From Halomicronema hongdechloris C2206 (GTDB taxonomy: Bacteria; Cyanobacteriota; Cyanobacteriia; Phormidesmidales; Phormidesmidaceae), in contig NZ_CP021983.2 of the NCBI RefSeq assembly GCF_002075285.3, positions 2,640,001 through 2,672,000 of the forward strand: a stretch of DNA of 32,000 nucleotides, read 5' to 3'. The stretch's first letter is position 1; the number at the start of each line of letters is the position of its first letter. Below are positions 8,168-16,369 of the stretch, piece after piece. Below the pieces are notes generated by a model. It worked only from the letters and a program-made list of their open reading frames with translations, did no database searches and was not told where the DNA came from. Position numbers and translations under genes: made by a program.

Positions 8168-9308
8168 TCAATGCCGGCTAGGGACGTAGGGCTGATTTTT
8201 CTCGGCCTGGGAAAGATCTGACCAGGTCAGGTCATGGCGGAGCAAACGACCATTGGGGCCGACGATTTGACGGGGCAGTTGTGGCAGCTCAATCACCTGG
8301 CGGGTGCCCATGTCATAGGTGGTGTAGACCGTGGTGGCTGGCCCGAAGTCAGGGAAAAACATATCGAGTACGGTCAAGGTCTGCATGGCGGCATCGGTGC
8401 GGCCTAGCCAGGTGCGCGGGCCGCTGCCGGCGGGATAGTAGGCGTGGTGATGGCCGCAGATATAGCTATGGACGTTATGGCGCTCCAGCAGCGTCTGCAG
8501 TCGATCGGCCTGGGATAAAAATTCGCCGGTGCGATCGCGTCCTTGGGAGACGGCATAGAGGGGTAAATGCCCCATGACGATTCGTCGCCGACATCGTTGG
8601 GCGGTGGTGCTAGCCAGACTGCGGTCAGCCCAGGCGATCTCTGGCGCCGAGACCGTCGCCGAGGAGGCATCCCAGACCAGATAGAAAATGTCATTTTGCT
8701 GGAAACTGTAATAGAAAGGGAATCCAGCTCGATCCACATAGGTCAGCCCTAGCCGATCTTGACGGGGCCTCCAGTAGGCCGCCGCTAGCTGCCGCTCTTG
8801 GGCGAAGGCATACTGGCCCTGCACCCGACTACTGGAGGCATCATGGTTACCCAGGGTAAAGCCAAAGGGAATGCCAGTGGCTTGCAGGGGAGCAAAGACC
8901 TTCTGATCAAAGGCCGCCCACATGGCTGTAATCTCGGCCTGGGTCAGGGAGAGGCTCTGCCCCGCCACCATATCGCCAGCACAGAGAATCAGATCGGGCT
9001 GCCAGTCTGTCATCACCTGCACCGCCTGTTCCACCTCGGCCCGATAGTGGGTAGACCCATAGCGGCTGTTGATATCGCTGAAGACCACCAACCGGACATC
9101 GCCGCGGCGAGGGGCAACAAAGCCTGGAGGAGCGATGGCAGCCGCCGCAGTTTGTGGGCCACCGGGGTACTGGGGAGACCATAGCAGCGGCTGGTACCAA
9201 CCCGGTTAGGGTCTCCGCCTGGCCCATGGCTCGACGGGTAACGGCGGCGGATGTCCCTGCTAGGGCAAGCCCTCCCCACCGTAGCAACTGACGCCGTTTC
9301 AGGCCCAT
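8168..9308 (-). CDS. calcineurin-like metallophosphoesterase with Tat signal peptide; signal and catalytic domain lie in different frames (apparent frameshift)
   Basis: Catalytic part (8168..9091 and its upstream in-frame extension PQTAAAAIAPPGFVAPRRGDVRLVVFSDIN): GDMVAGQ, GNHD, GHLP, CGHHH. The separate ORF 8907..9308 begins MGLKRRQLLRWGGLALAGTSAAV (twin-arginine signal), then degenerates. The main frame has a stop at 9208-9206. Confidence 0.7.
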
Positions 9309-9417
9309 GATTGTTGGTCCTCAGGTATCGTTCTCAGGCTACCACTCTCTGGGAGACCCCCAATAGACTGCAGCCCAGGATTGACGGCCATTGTATGTAT
9401 AGCATTGGCCAACCAGC

Positions 9418-10440
9418 TTAGGGCGCGGCGGACACCGCATCAGTGACCAGCTCCCGATCTAATGATTGCCAGACAGTCTGCAGCAAGGTGTCTAGGCCCG
9501 CCTGGGTCACGGCTGAGATGGTCTGGACTGGCTGGCCACTGGCGGCCTGCAACATTGGCAGCAGCTCGTCTAGGATCTCCTGGGGGACGGCATCGACTTT
9601 ATTTAGGGCCAGGATCTGGGGCCGCTCTACCAGGCCGCGGCCGTAGGCGGCTAACTCCTGCTGAATCGCCTGGTAATGGGCTACGGGATCGGCAGCAGTA
9701 GCATCGACCAGGTGCAATAACAGCCGGGTGCGCTCGATGTGGCGCAGAAACTCGTGGCCCAATCCGGCCCCCTGGTGGGCCCCCTGGATCAGGCCGGGGA
9801 TATCGGCGAAGACGGTACCGTCACCACTGGGCCGCCGCACTACCCCCAGATTGGGAATCAGTGTCGTGAAGGGATAGTCAGCAATCTTGGGGCGGGCGGC
9901 GGAGAGAGCGGCAATTAGGGTGGACTTACCGGCGTTGGGCAATCCAATGATGCCCACCTCGGCCAGCAATTTGAGTTCTAGCCGGAGTCGCCGTTCTTCT
10001 CCCGGCAGCCCGGGCAGGGCGGTTTCCGGGGCGCGGTTGCGGTTACTGAGGAAATGGCGGTTACCCAGCCCTCCCTTGCCGCCTGGGGCGACGCAGAGCC
10101 GTTGCTGGGGGGTGACTAGATCGCCCAAGTACTCATTGCTGTCGGCATCGTAGACGACGGTGCCACAGGGAACCTGCACTACGTAATCGGCACCGGAGGC
10201 CCCGGTGCGGTTCTTGGGGCCGCCCCGCTGGCCATTTTGGGCTTGGAAGCGATGGGCATAGCGCACATCCAGCAAGGTCTGGAGCTGGTCTACCGCTTCT
10301 AGATAGACAGAGCCACCATGACCACCGTTGCCGCCGGCGGGTCCCCCGGCGGGGACATATTTCTCGCGGCGAAAGGCGACTAGCCCATCACCACCATCCC
10401 CGGCTTTGACGCTGATTTCTGCCTGGTCGATGAACTGCAT
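9418..10440 (-). CDS. obg: GTPase Obg/CgtA
   Basis: [47 protein letters not shown] (Obg fold). GLPNAGKST (G1), DIPGLI (G3), NKVD (G4). Confidence 0.95.
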   Translation of the reverse strand: MQFIDQAEISVKAGDGGDGLVAFRREKYVPAGGPAGGNGGHGGSVYLEAVDQLQTLLDVRYAHRFQAQNGQRGGPKNRTGASGADYVVQVPCGTVVYDADSNEYLGDLVTPQQRLCVAPGGKGGLGNRHFLSNRNRAPETALPGLPGEERRLRLELKLLAEVGIIGLPNAGKSTLIAALSAARPKIADYPFTTLIPNLGVVRRPSGDGTVFADIPGLIQGAHQGAGLGHEFLRHIERTRLLLHLVDATAADPVAHYQAIQQELAAYGRGLVERPQILALNKVDAVPQEILDELLPMLQAASGQPVQTISAVTQAGLDTLLQTVWQSLDRELVTDAVSAAP

Positions 10441-10456
10441 GGGGTAGGGGTAGGTC

Positions 10457-10984
10457 TTAATTACTGTTGTTGCAGCCGCATGAGGACGCGACGAATGCGA
10501 TTGGCCAGGGCCTCATCCTCGCGGTGAGCGTTGGTGATGGTATTGAAGCGATCTGGGGGGTGAGGCCGTTGGCTTCAACGATTTCCTGGGCGCGGTTGCA
10601 ATAGTTGACCAGGAGTTCCCGCACTTGCGATCGCAGCCGCCGCGGCACCCGATTTAGGTTACGAGTACTGGTACAGCTCATGTCGATCTGGTTAATGTCG
10701 ACATCGACCTGCATCAGCAAATCTTTGATCTCGGTGTAGGTAGTGGTGCGGGGGCCTTCCATCTGCAATACGGCCCGGGCATAGCTCATGACCTCGTCAT
10801 CGGACACCGTGGCCTGGGCCCAGGCCGTCGCCGGCACCATGGTCGGCAGAGAAGTGGAAGTGGGGGGCTGCCAGCTCAGGCCCGAGGCCACGGCCGCCAT
10901 GGCCACCGCGCTGGCTATCGTTACCGATCGCAGGGCAGCACCGTAGCGCCCCATCCTGTTGGTGAAATAATGCTGTATTACCAT
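10457..10984 (-). CDS. DUF4168-like secreted protein, C-terminus frameshifted at a homopolymer
   Basis: Signal-like [30 protein letters not shown], then [20 protein letters not shown]...[13 protein letters not shown]. After the G6 run at 10555-10560 the alternative frame reads [32 protein letters not shown] then a stop at 10463-10461. That is the expected DUF4168 tail. Start uncertain (10984, 10954 or 11080). Confidence 0.6.
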   Translation of the reverse strand: MVIQHYFTNRMGRYGAALRSVTIASAVAMAAVASGLSWQPPTSTSLPTMVPATAWAQATVSDDEVMSYARAVLQMEGPRTTTYTEIKDLLMQVDVDINQIDMSCTSTRNLNRVPRRLRSQVRELLVNYCNRAQEIVEANGLTPQIASIPSPTLTARMRPWPIAFVASSCGCNNSN

Positions 10985-11091
10985 GATCCTGTATGGCTGA
11001 CTGTACTGTTGTGGTTGTCCAGTTATGTCATTTGATTCAGCTGCCATGAGGGGTGTTCCCCCCCAGGGTAAAATCTTCACGGTTGTGAGGG

Positions 11092-12074
11092 TTAGCCAAA
11101 TAACTGACTAATCTCAATGAGTGTTGTCTGTAGTGTCGCTTGCTGATCACGCCCCTGCTTCAAGCCAGTTTCTAACTCTAGCAGATGTGACAGGGTTTGT
11201 TTCAAGGCAACCAGGGAGAAAACCTGTACCTCTTTTTGCAAAAAGTAAATGCGCTTAGGATTGCCCACCTCTCGGCTGCCTGGGCAATGGTGCGAGCATC
11301 GCGTTCGCCGGCCTCGGTGAGCAGTTTTACCCAGAGCCAAGTGCGGAATTGGCTGACTAAGACCGCCACAATCCGCAGGGCTGGTTCATTGCGATTCAGC
11401 AGATCGTTCACCAGGGTCAAGGCCCGGCTGGTCTGCCCCTGTCCTAGGGCCTGGGCCAGCTGCAGGCTGTTCTGACTACTGGCGGTGACGAGATCGTGTA
11501 CTACGGCTGCCGGTAATGGCTGTGTCGACGGTTGCCAGTAAATCGCCAGTTTCTGCAACTCATTCCACAACTGGCGGGTGTCGTTGCCGATGGCAGTGGT
11601 TAGGGCAGTGGTGGCCTCTGGGCTAAGGCTGAGGCCAATTTTCTGGGCCATCTGGGTGACCTGCTGGGCCAGTTGCTCACGCTTCCAGGGGGGGATGGTG
11701 GCAAATTGGCGGAGTTCCCCATGGCGCTGTAACAGTTTGGTAAATTTGGCCCGGCCATCGGGTTTGTTGCGGCTGGTGAATAGCAGCACCGTCGACTCGG
11801 GCACCTGGGGCAGGGTCCGTTCTAGCTCTTGTAAGACCGCCTCGGGGCAGCGTTGGCCCAGGGCGGTATCTTGCAGCCAGACCAGCCGTTGGCCCAAGCC
11901 AAAGGGGGGGGTCATGGCCTGGTTCAGGGCCTGCAGGGGAGCATCGGGTGTCTCTGGCCCTAGCTTGTCGAAGTTAAAGCTGGCCCAGTCGGCCGCTAGG
12001 GTGCGATCGCACAGGTCCGCCACCGCTTGGCTGAGGCGAAATTCATCATCTCCCCAGTAAAAATAGATGGGCAT
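11092..12074 (-). CDS. holA: DNA polymerase III delta subunit, split by a frameshift near 11268-11276
   Basis: MPIYFYWGDDEFRLSQAV...VLLFTSRNKPDGRAKFTKLLQ...GNDTRQLWNELQKLAIY is HolA. The 290-aa ORF ends in the out-of-frame tail ERWAILSAFTFCKKRYRFSPWLP. ORF 11092..11340 carries the expected C-terminus VGNPKRIYFLQKEVQVFSLVALKQTLSHLLELETGLKQGRD... Confidence 0.85.
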
Positions 12075-12146
12075 ACTCGACAGGGGCTTAGGGCTATCTA
12101 TATCCTAAGTGAGCTAGCGCCCATCACTGCCGCGTCCCCGTCTCCT

Positions 12147-12764
12147 ATGGCCTCCCTGCCCCATCACCCGATCTTGGCCCAAAGCTTTGCGGTAATCGAC
12201 CAGGAAATGGGTGACCATGACTTGCCCCCGGCGGAATATGCGGTGCTACGGCGGGTGATTCACAGTACCGCCGATTTTGACTTCGCCCAGCTGCTGCGGT
12301 TTAGCCCCGATGCCATTGCCCAGGGGCTGGCGGCCCTGACCGCTAAGACCCCGATTGTGGTAGATGTGGGCATGGTGCGCCAGGGCGTGCAGGCTATGGT
12401 GCAACGCACCTTTGACAATCCATTGCTGGCAGCCATCGATCTGGTGGCAGCGCCCCGGCCAGGGTGTACCCGCAGCGAGACTGGCCTGTTGAGGGCCTGG
12501 CAGCAGTACCCCGAGGCTATCTTCGTGATTGGCAATGCCCCCACTGCCCTGGTGGCCCTGTGCGATCGCATCGCCACCAGCGAGGTCAAACCAGCCCTGG
12601 TCATCGGGGTGCCCGTCGGCTTCATTGGTGTCATTGCCGCCAAACAGGCCCTAGCCCAAACCCCAGTTCCCCAGATCCGCGTCGACGGTCGCAAGGGGGG
12701 CTCCAGCGTGGCCGCCGCCATCCTCAATGCCCTGTTGGTGCTGGCCTGGGAGGCCCAATCATGA
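12147..12764 (+). CDS. cobH: precorrin-8X / cobalt-precorrin-8 methylmutase
   Basis: MASLPHHPILAQSFAVIDQEMG...VLRRVIHSTADFDFAQLL...IVVDVGMVRQGV...IFVIGNAPTAL...VIGVPVGFIGV..AKQAL are CobH/CbiC motifs. I chose the internal ATG at 12147 because the longer ORF start overlaps holA. The stop overlaps the next gene's start (ATGA at 12761-12764). Confidence 0.85.
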   Translation: MASLPHHPILAQSFAVIDQEMGDHDLPPAEYAVLRRVIHSTADFDFAQLLRFSPDAIAQGLAALTAKTPIVVDVGMVRQGVQAMVQRTFDNPLLAAIDLVAAPRPGCTRSETGLLRAWQQYPEAIFVIGNAPTALVALCDRIATSEVKPALVIGVPVGFIGVIAAKQALAQTPVPQIRVDGRKGGSSVAAAILNALLVLAWEAQS

Positions 12765-14011
12765 TCCATGTGGTGGGGATCGGCCTCGACGGCTTGGCTG
12801 GACTATCGGCAAAAACCCAGGCCCTGGTGGCTCAGGCCCAGTTGCTGGTGGGGGCGCCGCGCCATCTAGCCCAGTTTGCTGACAGCCAGGCCGAGCGCTG
12901 GCCCCTGGATAATTTTCGCACCGCCATCGAGGGGCTGCGGCAACGGCTAGCCAGCCCCGATCCCGGCCTTATCGTGGTGCTGGCGTCAGGGGATCCCCTG
13001 TTCTTCGGCATTGGCCGGTTGTTGTTGGAGTCTTTCCCAGCGGAGCAACTCAGCTTCCATCCCCATCTCAGTGCCATCCAACTGGCCTTCAGCCGCATCA
13101 AGCGCCCCTGGCAGGGCGCCACCCTGGTCAGTGCCCATGGCCGCTCTCGCCAGACCTTGGTGCAGGCACTACAGCGAGGCGATTCCCTGATTGCGGTCCT
13201 CACCGATGGGGTGCACCGTCCCGATGCGATCGCACGGTTGCTGCTGGATATCGATTTGCCGGGGCATTACCATCTCTGGGTCTGCGAAAACCTGGGGGGC
13301 GAGGCCGAACGGGTCCAACGGCTGACCCCGTCGCAGGCAGTCCGGGGTGACTTTGCCCCCTTGAATGTGGTCATCCTGGAAAGACACCCTTCCCCACCCC
13401 CGACTACCATTCCAGATTTCGGCATCCCCGATGGAGACTTCCTCAGTTTCGAAGACCGCCCCGGCCTCATCACCAAGCGAGAAGTGCGGCTGCTGGTCTT
13501 GGGAGAACTGGCACCGCAGCCCCATCAGGTCATCTGGGACATCGGCGCCGGCACCGGCTCCGTCAGCATCGAGCTCGGGCGTTTAGTACCCACGGCTCGG
13601 ATCTATGCCATCGAAAAAACGGCCATGGGGGCTACCCTGATCCGGCAAAACCTTGACCGCTTCGGGGTCACCAATGTCACCATCATCCATGGCAAGGCCC
13701 CTACAGTCCTGGCCGATCTGCCTGCCCCCCATCGCATCTTCATCGGCGGCAGTGGCGGCCAGCTCACCCCCATCTTAGATACCTGCCGAGCTAAAATCGT
13801 GCCTCCCGGCCCCATGGTGCTGGCCCTCGCCACCCTAGAGAGTCAGGCCCAGGTGCTGCAATGGCAGGCGGAGCATGGAACCACCTGGCGCTCCCAACTG
13901 TTGCAAGTGAATTTGGCCCGCTCTACCTCGGTGGGTTGCCTGACCCGCTGGCATCCCCTGAATCCGGTGACCATCGTGACTCTGACGTCATCAGAGCCCC
14001 TACCTGCTTGA
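12761..14011 (+). CDS. cobL: bifunctional precorrin-6Y C5,15-methyltransferase (decarboxylating), CbiE/CbiT fusion
   Basis: MIHVVGIGLDGLAGLSAKTQALVAQAQLLVGAPRHL...ASGDPLFFGIG (CbiE). ITKREVRLLVLGELAPQPHQVIWDIGAGTGSVSIE (CbiT SAM motif). The ORF-track start at 12464 is an artefactual upstream extension in another frame of cobH. Confidence 0.85.
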   Translation: MIHVVGIGLDGLAGLSAKTQALVAQAQLLVGAPRHLAQFADSQAERWPLDNFRTAIEGLRQRLASPDPGLIVVLASGDPLFFGIGRLLLESFPAEQLSFHPHLSAIQLAFSRIKRPWQGATLVSAHGRSRQTLVQALQRGDSLIAVLTDGVHRPDAIARLLLDIDLPGHYHLWVCENLGGEAERVQRLTPSQAVRGDFAPLNVVILERHPSPPPTTIPDFGIPDGDFLSFEDRPGLITKREVRLLVLGELAPQPHQVIWDIGAGTGSVSIELGRLVPTARIYAIEKTAMGATLIRQNLDRFGVTNVTIIHGKAPTVLADLPAPHRIFIGGSGGQLTPILDTCRAKIVPPGPMVLALATLESQAQVLQWQAEHGTTWRSQLLQVNLARSTSVGCLTRWHPLNPVTIVTLTSSEPLPA

Positions 14012-14051
14012 GCTTCTTGCCTAGATAAGTCTAGTCTGTGGTGTAGGCTCT

Positions 14052-14266
14052 AGTTTTCTGCATTGGGCGCGGCAACCGCGCCCAATGCTGTCCCCTTACC
14101 CTCTATCCGCTATCGGCCTACTTGCCCGCCCATCCACCGTTTTGACAGGGAGCCAAACCATTCACTCAAAACTCAAAACTCAAAACTCAGCCCTGCAGGC
14201 AGGCTCCGCCTTTCTTGAATGCCGTTAGGCCATATACCCCATCACCCCATTACTCCCCCACTCCCC
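14052..14266. repeat. Mosaic intergenic repeat element, copy B (inverted relative to copy A)
   Basis: CTCAAAA x3 at 14165-14185. CACCCCATTACTCCCCCACTCCCC at 14243-14266. GGCAGGCTCCGCCT at 14198-14211. AGTTTTCTGCATTGGGCGCGGCAACC at 14052-14077. Each is the reverse complement of a module in 566-807, in collinear order. Confidence 0.8.
14060..14088. repeat. perfect 13-bp stem / 3-nt loop palindrome (possible RNA hairpin downstream of cobL)
   Basis: GCATTGGGCGCGG-CAA-CCGCGCCCAATGC. It lies 49 nt after the cobL stop. There is no U-tract on either strand, so it is not a canonical intrinsic terminator. Confidence 0.6.
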
Positions 14267-14301
14267 TACCCTTTCCCAGCCTGCCCTCAGAGAGCCCTTC
14301 C

Positions 14302-14925
14302 ATGTCCCAGCGTCCTCATTCCCTAGCTGATTTCGACCCTGCTATTGGTCTCGGGCCTCCTGCCCAAGTCGATCTGGGCCGCTACGATCAGTCCTGGTTT
14401 GAGCTGGGACGTCCCCGCTGGGTGATGTTGCTGTGGTGGCTACTGCAGGCCATCGTCTTTCCCCTAACCCCTCACCATGGCCATGGTCCTCGCCGGGCCC
14501 TGCTGCGACTATTCGGGGCTCGCATTGGCCGAGGCGTGATGATTCGCCCCACCGCCCGCTTCACCTACCCCTGGAAAGTGGCCATCGGTGATTACAGTTG
14601 GATCGGCGACGATGTAGTGTTCTATAGCCTCGACCACATTCAGGTGGGCTGCCACTGTGTGATCTCCCAGGAAAGCTACCTCTGCACCGGCAGCCATGAC
14701 TTTCAAGACCCGACGTTTAATCTCCGGACAGAGCCAATTTTCATCGAAAACGGAGTATGGGTGGCGGCTGACTGCTTCATCGGCCCCGGCGTATGTATTG
14801 GCGCCAACACAGTGGTGGGAGTACGCAGCAGTGTATTCAACGATCTACCAGCGGGTCAGATTTGTTGGGGAACTCCTTGCCGACCTCACCGTCCGAGAGA
14901 GGTAAGGGCGTCTACCAGAGAATAA
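14302..14925 (+). CDS. hexapeptide-repeat O-acetyltransferase, WcaF-like (colanic-acid-type polysaccharide acetyltransferase)
   Basis: LLRLFGARIGRGVMIRPTARFTYPWKVAIGDYSWIGDDVVFYSLDHIQVGCHCVISQESYLCTGSHDF...VWVAADCFIGPGVCIGANTVVGVRSSV is a left-handed beta-helix pattern. I chose ATG 14302 (MSQRPHS) because the upstream 29 codons of the ORF-track model lie in the repeat element. Confidence 0.8.
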   Translation: MSQRPHSLADFDPAIGLGPPAQVDLGRYDQSWFELGRPRWVMLLWWLLQAIVFPLTPHHGHGPRRALLRLFGARIGRGVMIRPTARFTYPWKVAIGDYSWIGDDVVFYSLDHIQVGCHCVISQESYLCTGSHDFQDPTFNLRTEPIFIENGVWVAADCFIGPGVCIGANTVVGVRSSVFNDLPAGQICWGTPCRPHRPREVRASTRE

Positions 14926-15430
14926 TCCCAGTCGAGTTCTCTCAGCATCGATGCTCATTGACTAGACCATTAGCCCCCACAGTCATGGTGCTATCTCCAG
15001 CACAGCTGCAGGCAATTGTAATCTTGATACCCGTTGTCAATGAGATCCAGACACCCTAGATATCAGACCTTGCAACCACATCTCACTCAACCGGAATTAC
15101 TCCCAGCAAACTATACGGCTAGGCCTACGAAGCCAACATCAAGCTAGGCAACAGCCCGCGACCTCAGGATTAAGTCTAAACGCGCCTTACGTCACCAATG
15201 GCCGGGTGATCTGTACAAAGCTCCACACTAGCGGATGTTGCGATTAATTTTTGATTGAATCCGCAACCATGACTGGGGTCATATCCCTGACCCTATCTAT
15301 GGGTATACACGTACGCAGTGGTCGTATGTATTGATTGTGGGCGTATAGATCGCCTGCCGCCCTGAATGGCGTGACACTGGTGCGGTGCTCTACCGGTTCT
15401 CGGCAACTCTATCATCAGGGCCTTTACAAC

Positions 15431-16255
15431 ATGACTGTAATCCAGCTCCTCAATATCACCCTGCACAATCTCACTCAGACCGATTTGCTGCACAGGCTAC
15501 ACCCCTATCGCGGCGGTGGCGTGGTGGTTACTCCCAATGTGGACCACTTGATAAAGCTGCAGTCGGATGAAGAGTTTTACCGGCTGTATCAAGCCGCCGA
15601 CTATCGCGTCTGCGACAGTCAGATCCTGTTCTATTTTTCCCGCATTCTAGGTACCCCGATTCGAGAGAAGATCACCGGCTCCGATTTACTGCCGGCCTTC
15701 TATCGCCATTATGGCCAAGACCCAGAAGTGCGGCTATTTCTGCTGGGGGGCTTGCCCGGCACTCCAGAGCAAGCCCAGGCCAAGATCAATGCCAAGGTGG
15801 GGCGCGCCATGGTGGTGGGGGCCTATTCCCCGCCCTTTGGCTTTGAGAAGGACCCGGCTGAATGTCGGGCCATCCTCGAGCGCATCCGACAGTCGGGGGC
15901 GACGGTGGTGGCAGTAGGCCTGGGGGCGCCCAAACAAGAAAAGTGGATCTTTCGGTACAAGGATCTACTGCCTCAGGTCAGCACCTTTCTGGCCGTCGGG
16001 GCCGCCATCGGCTTCGAGGCCGGCACCGTGGAGCGGGCTCCCCGTTGGATGAGTGATGTGGGTCTGGAGTGGTTCTATCGCTTGCTGTCAGAACCCCAAC
16101 GGCTATGGCGGCGCTATGTGCTCCAGGCCCTGCCCTTTCTGGGCCTGATTCTGGCTCAGAGATGTCGTCTCTATCGCAATCCGTTTACCGCTGGTGCCCA
16201 GCCGGCCTCGACGCCGCAGACCAAGCTGGTGCTCAGAGCCCTAAAGATCCTGTAA
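15431..16255 (+). CDS. WecB/TagA/CpsF family glycosyltransferase
   Basis: VVTPNVDHLIKL...DSQILFYFSRILGTPIREKITGSDL...RLFLLGG.PG...GLGAPKQEKWI...AVGAAIGFEAGTVERAPRWMSDVGLEWFYRLLSEPQRLWRRY is diagnostic of family GT26. Internal ATG at 15431 preferred. Confidence 0.85.
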   Translation: MTVIQLLNITLHNLTQTDLLHRLHPYRGGGVVVTPNVDHLIKLQSDEEFYRLYQAADYRVCDSQILFYFSRILGTPIREKITGSDLLPAFYRHYGQDPEVRLFLLGGLPGTPEQAQAKINAKVGRAMVVGAYSPPFGFEKDPAECRAILERIRQSGATVVAVGLGAPKQEKWIFRYKDLLPQVSTFLAVGAAIGFEAGTVERAPRWMSDVGLEWFYRLLSEPQRLWRRYVLQALPFLGLILAQRCRLYRNPFTAGAQPASTPQTKLVLRALKIL

Positions 16256-16369
16256 AGACCTGGTCAAGCGGGAGGATGGCACCGCCAGGGTCAGTAGATT
16301 TTAAGGAAAAGGCCACGGCATCCAACCCGATCACGGTCCCTCACAGGCAGAGGCTTCACCCCTAGAACT

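Noticed and set aside
11260-11290. Programmed ribosomal frameshift in holA, by analogy with dnaX
   Set aside because: There is no slippery heptamer (no A AAA AAG-like motif) or downstream structure at the junction. Three other genes nearby have similar indel-type disruptions, which makes sequence error the simpler explanation.
12464-12760. N-terminal 99 codons of the 515-aa ORF overlapping cobH
   Set aside because: The Arg/Pro/Gly-rich translation has no CobL similarity. The conserved CbiE start MIHVVGIGLDG begins at ATG 12761, in an ATGA overlap with the cobH stop.
14215-14301. Upstream extension of the WcaF-like acetyltransferase
   Set aside because: The extension is encoded by the repeat element (copy B). 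The internal ATG at 14302 gives a protein of normal WcaF length.
15215-15290. Small hairpins (GTTGCG...CGCAAC and GGGTCA..TGACCC) in the 500-bp spacer upstream of the TagA-like gene
   Set aside because: The stems are only 6 bp, with no flanking U-tract or recognisable operator symmetry. That is not enough evidence to call a feature.
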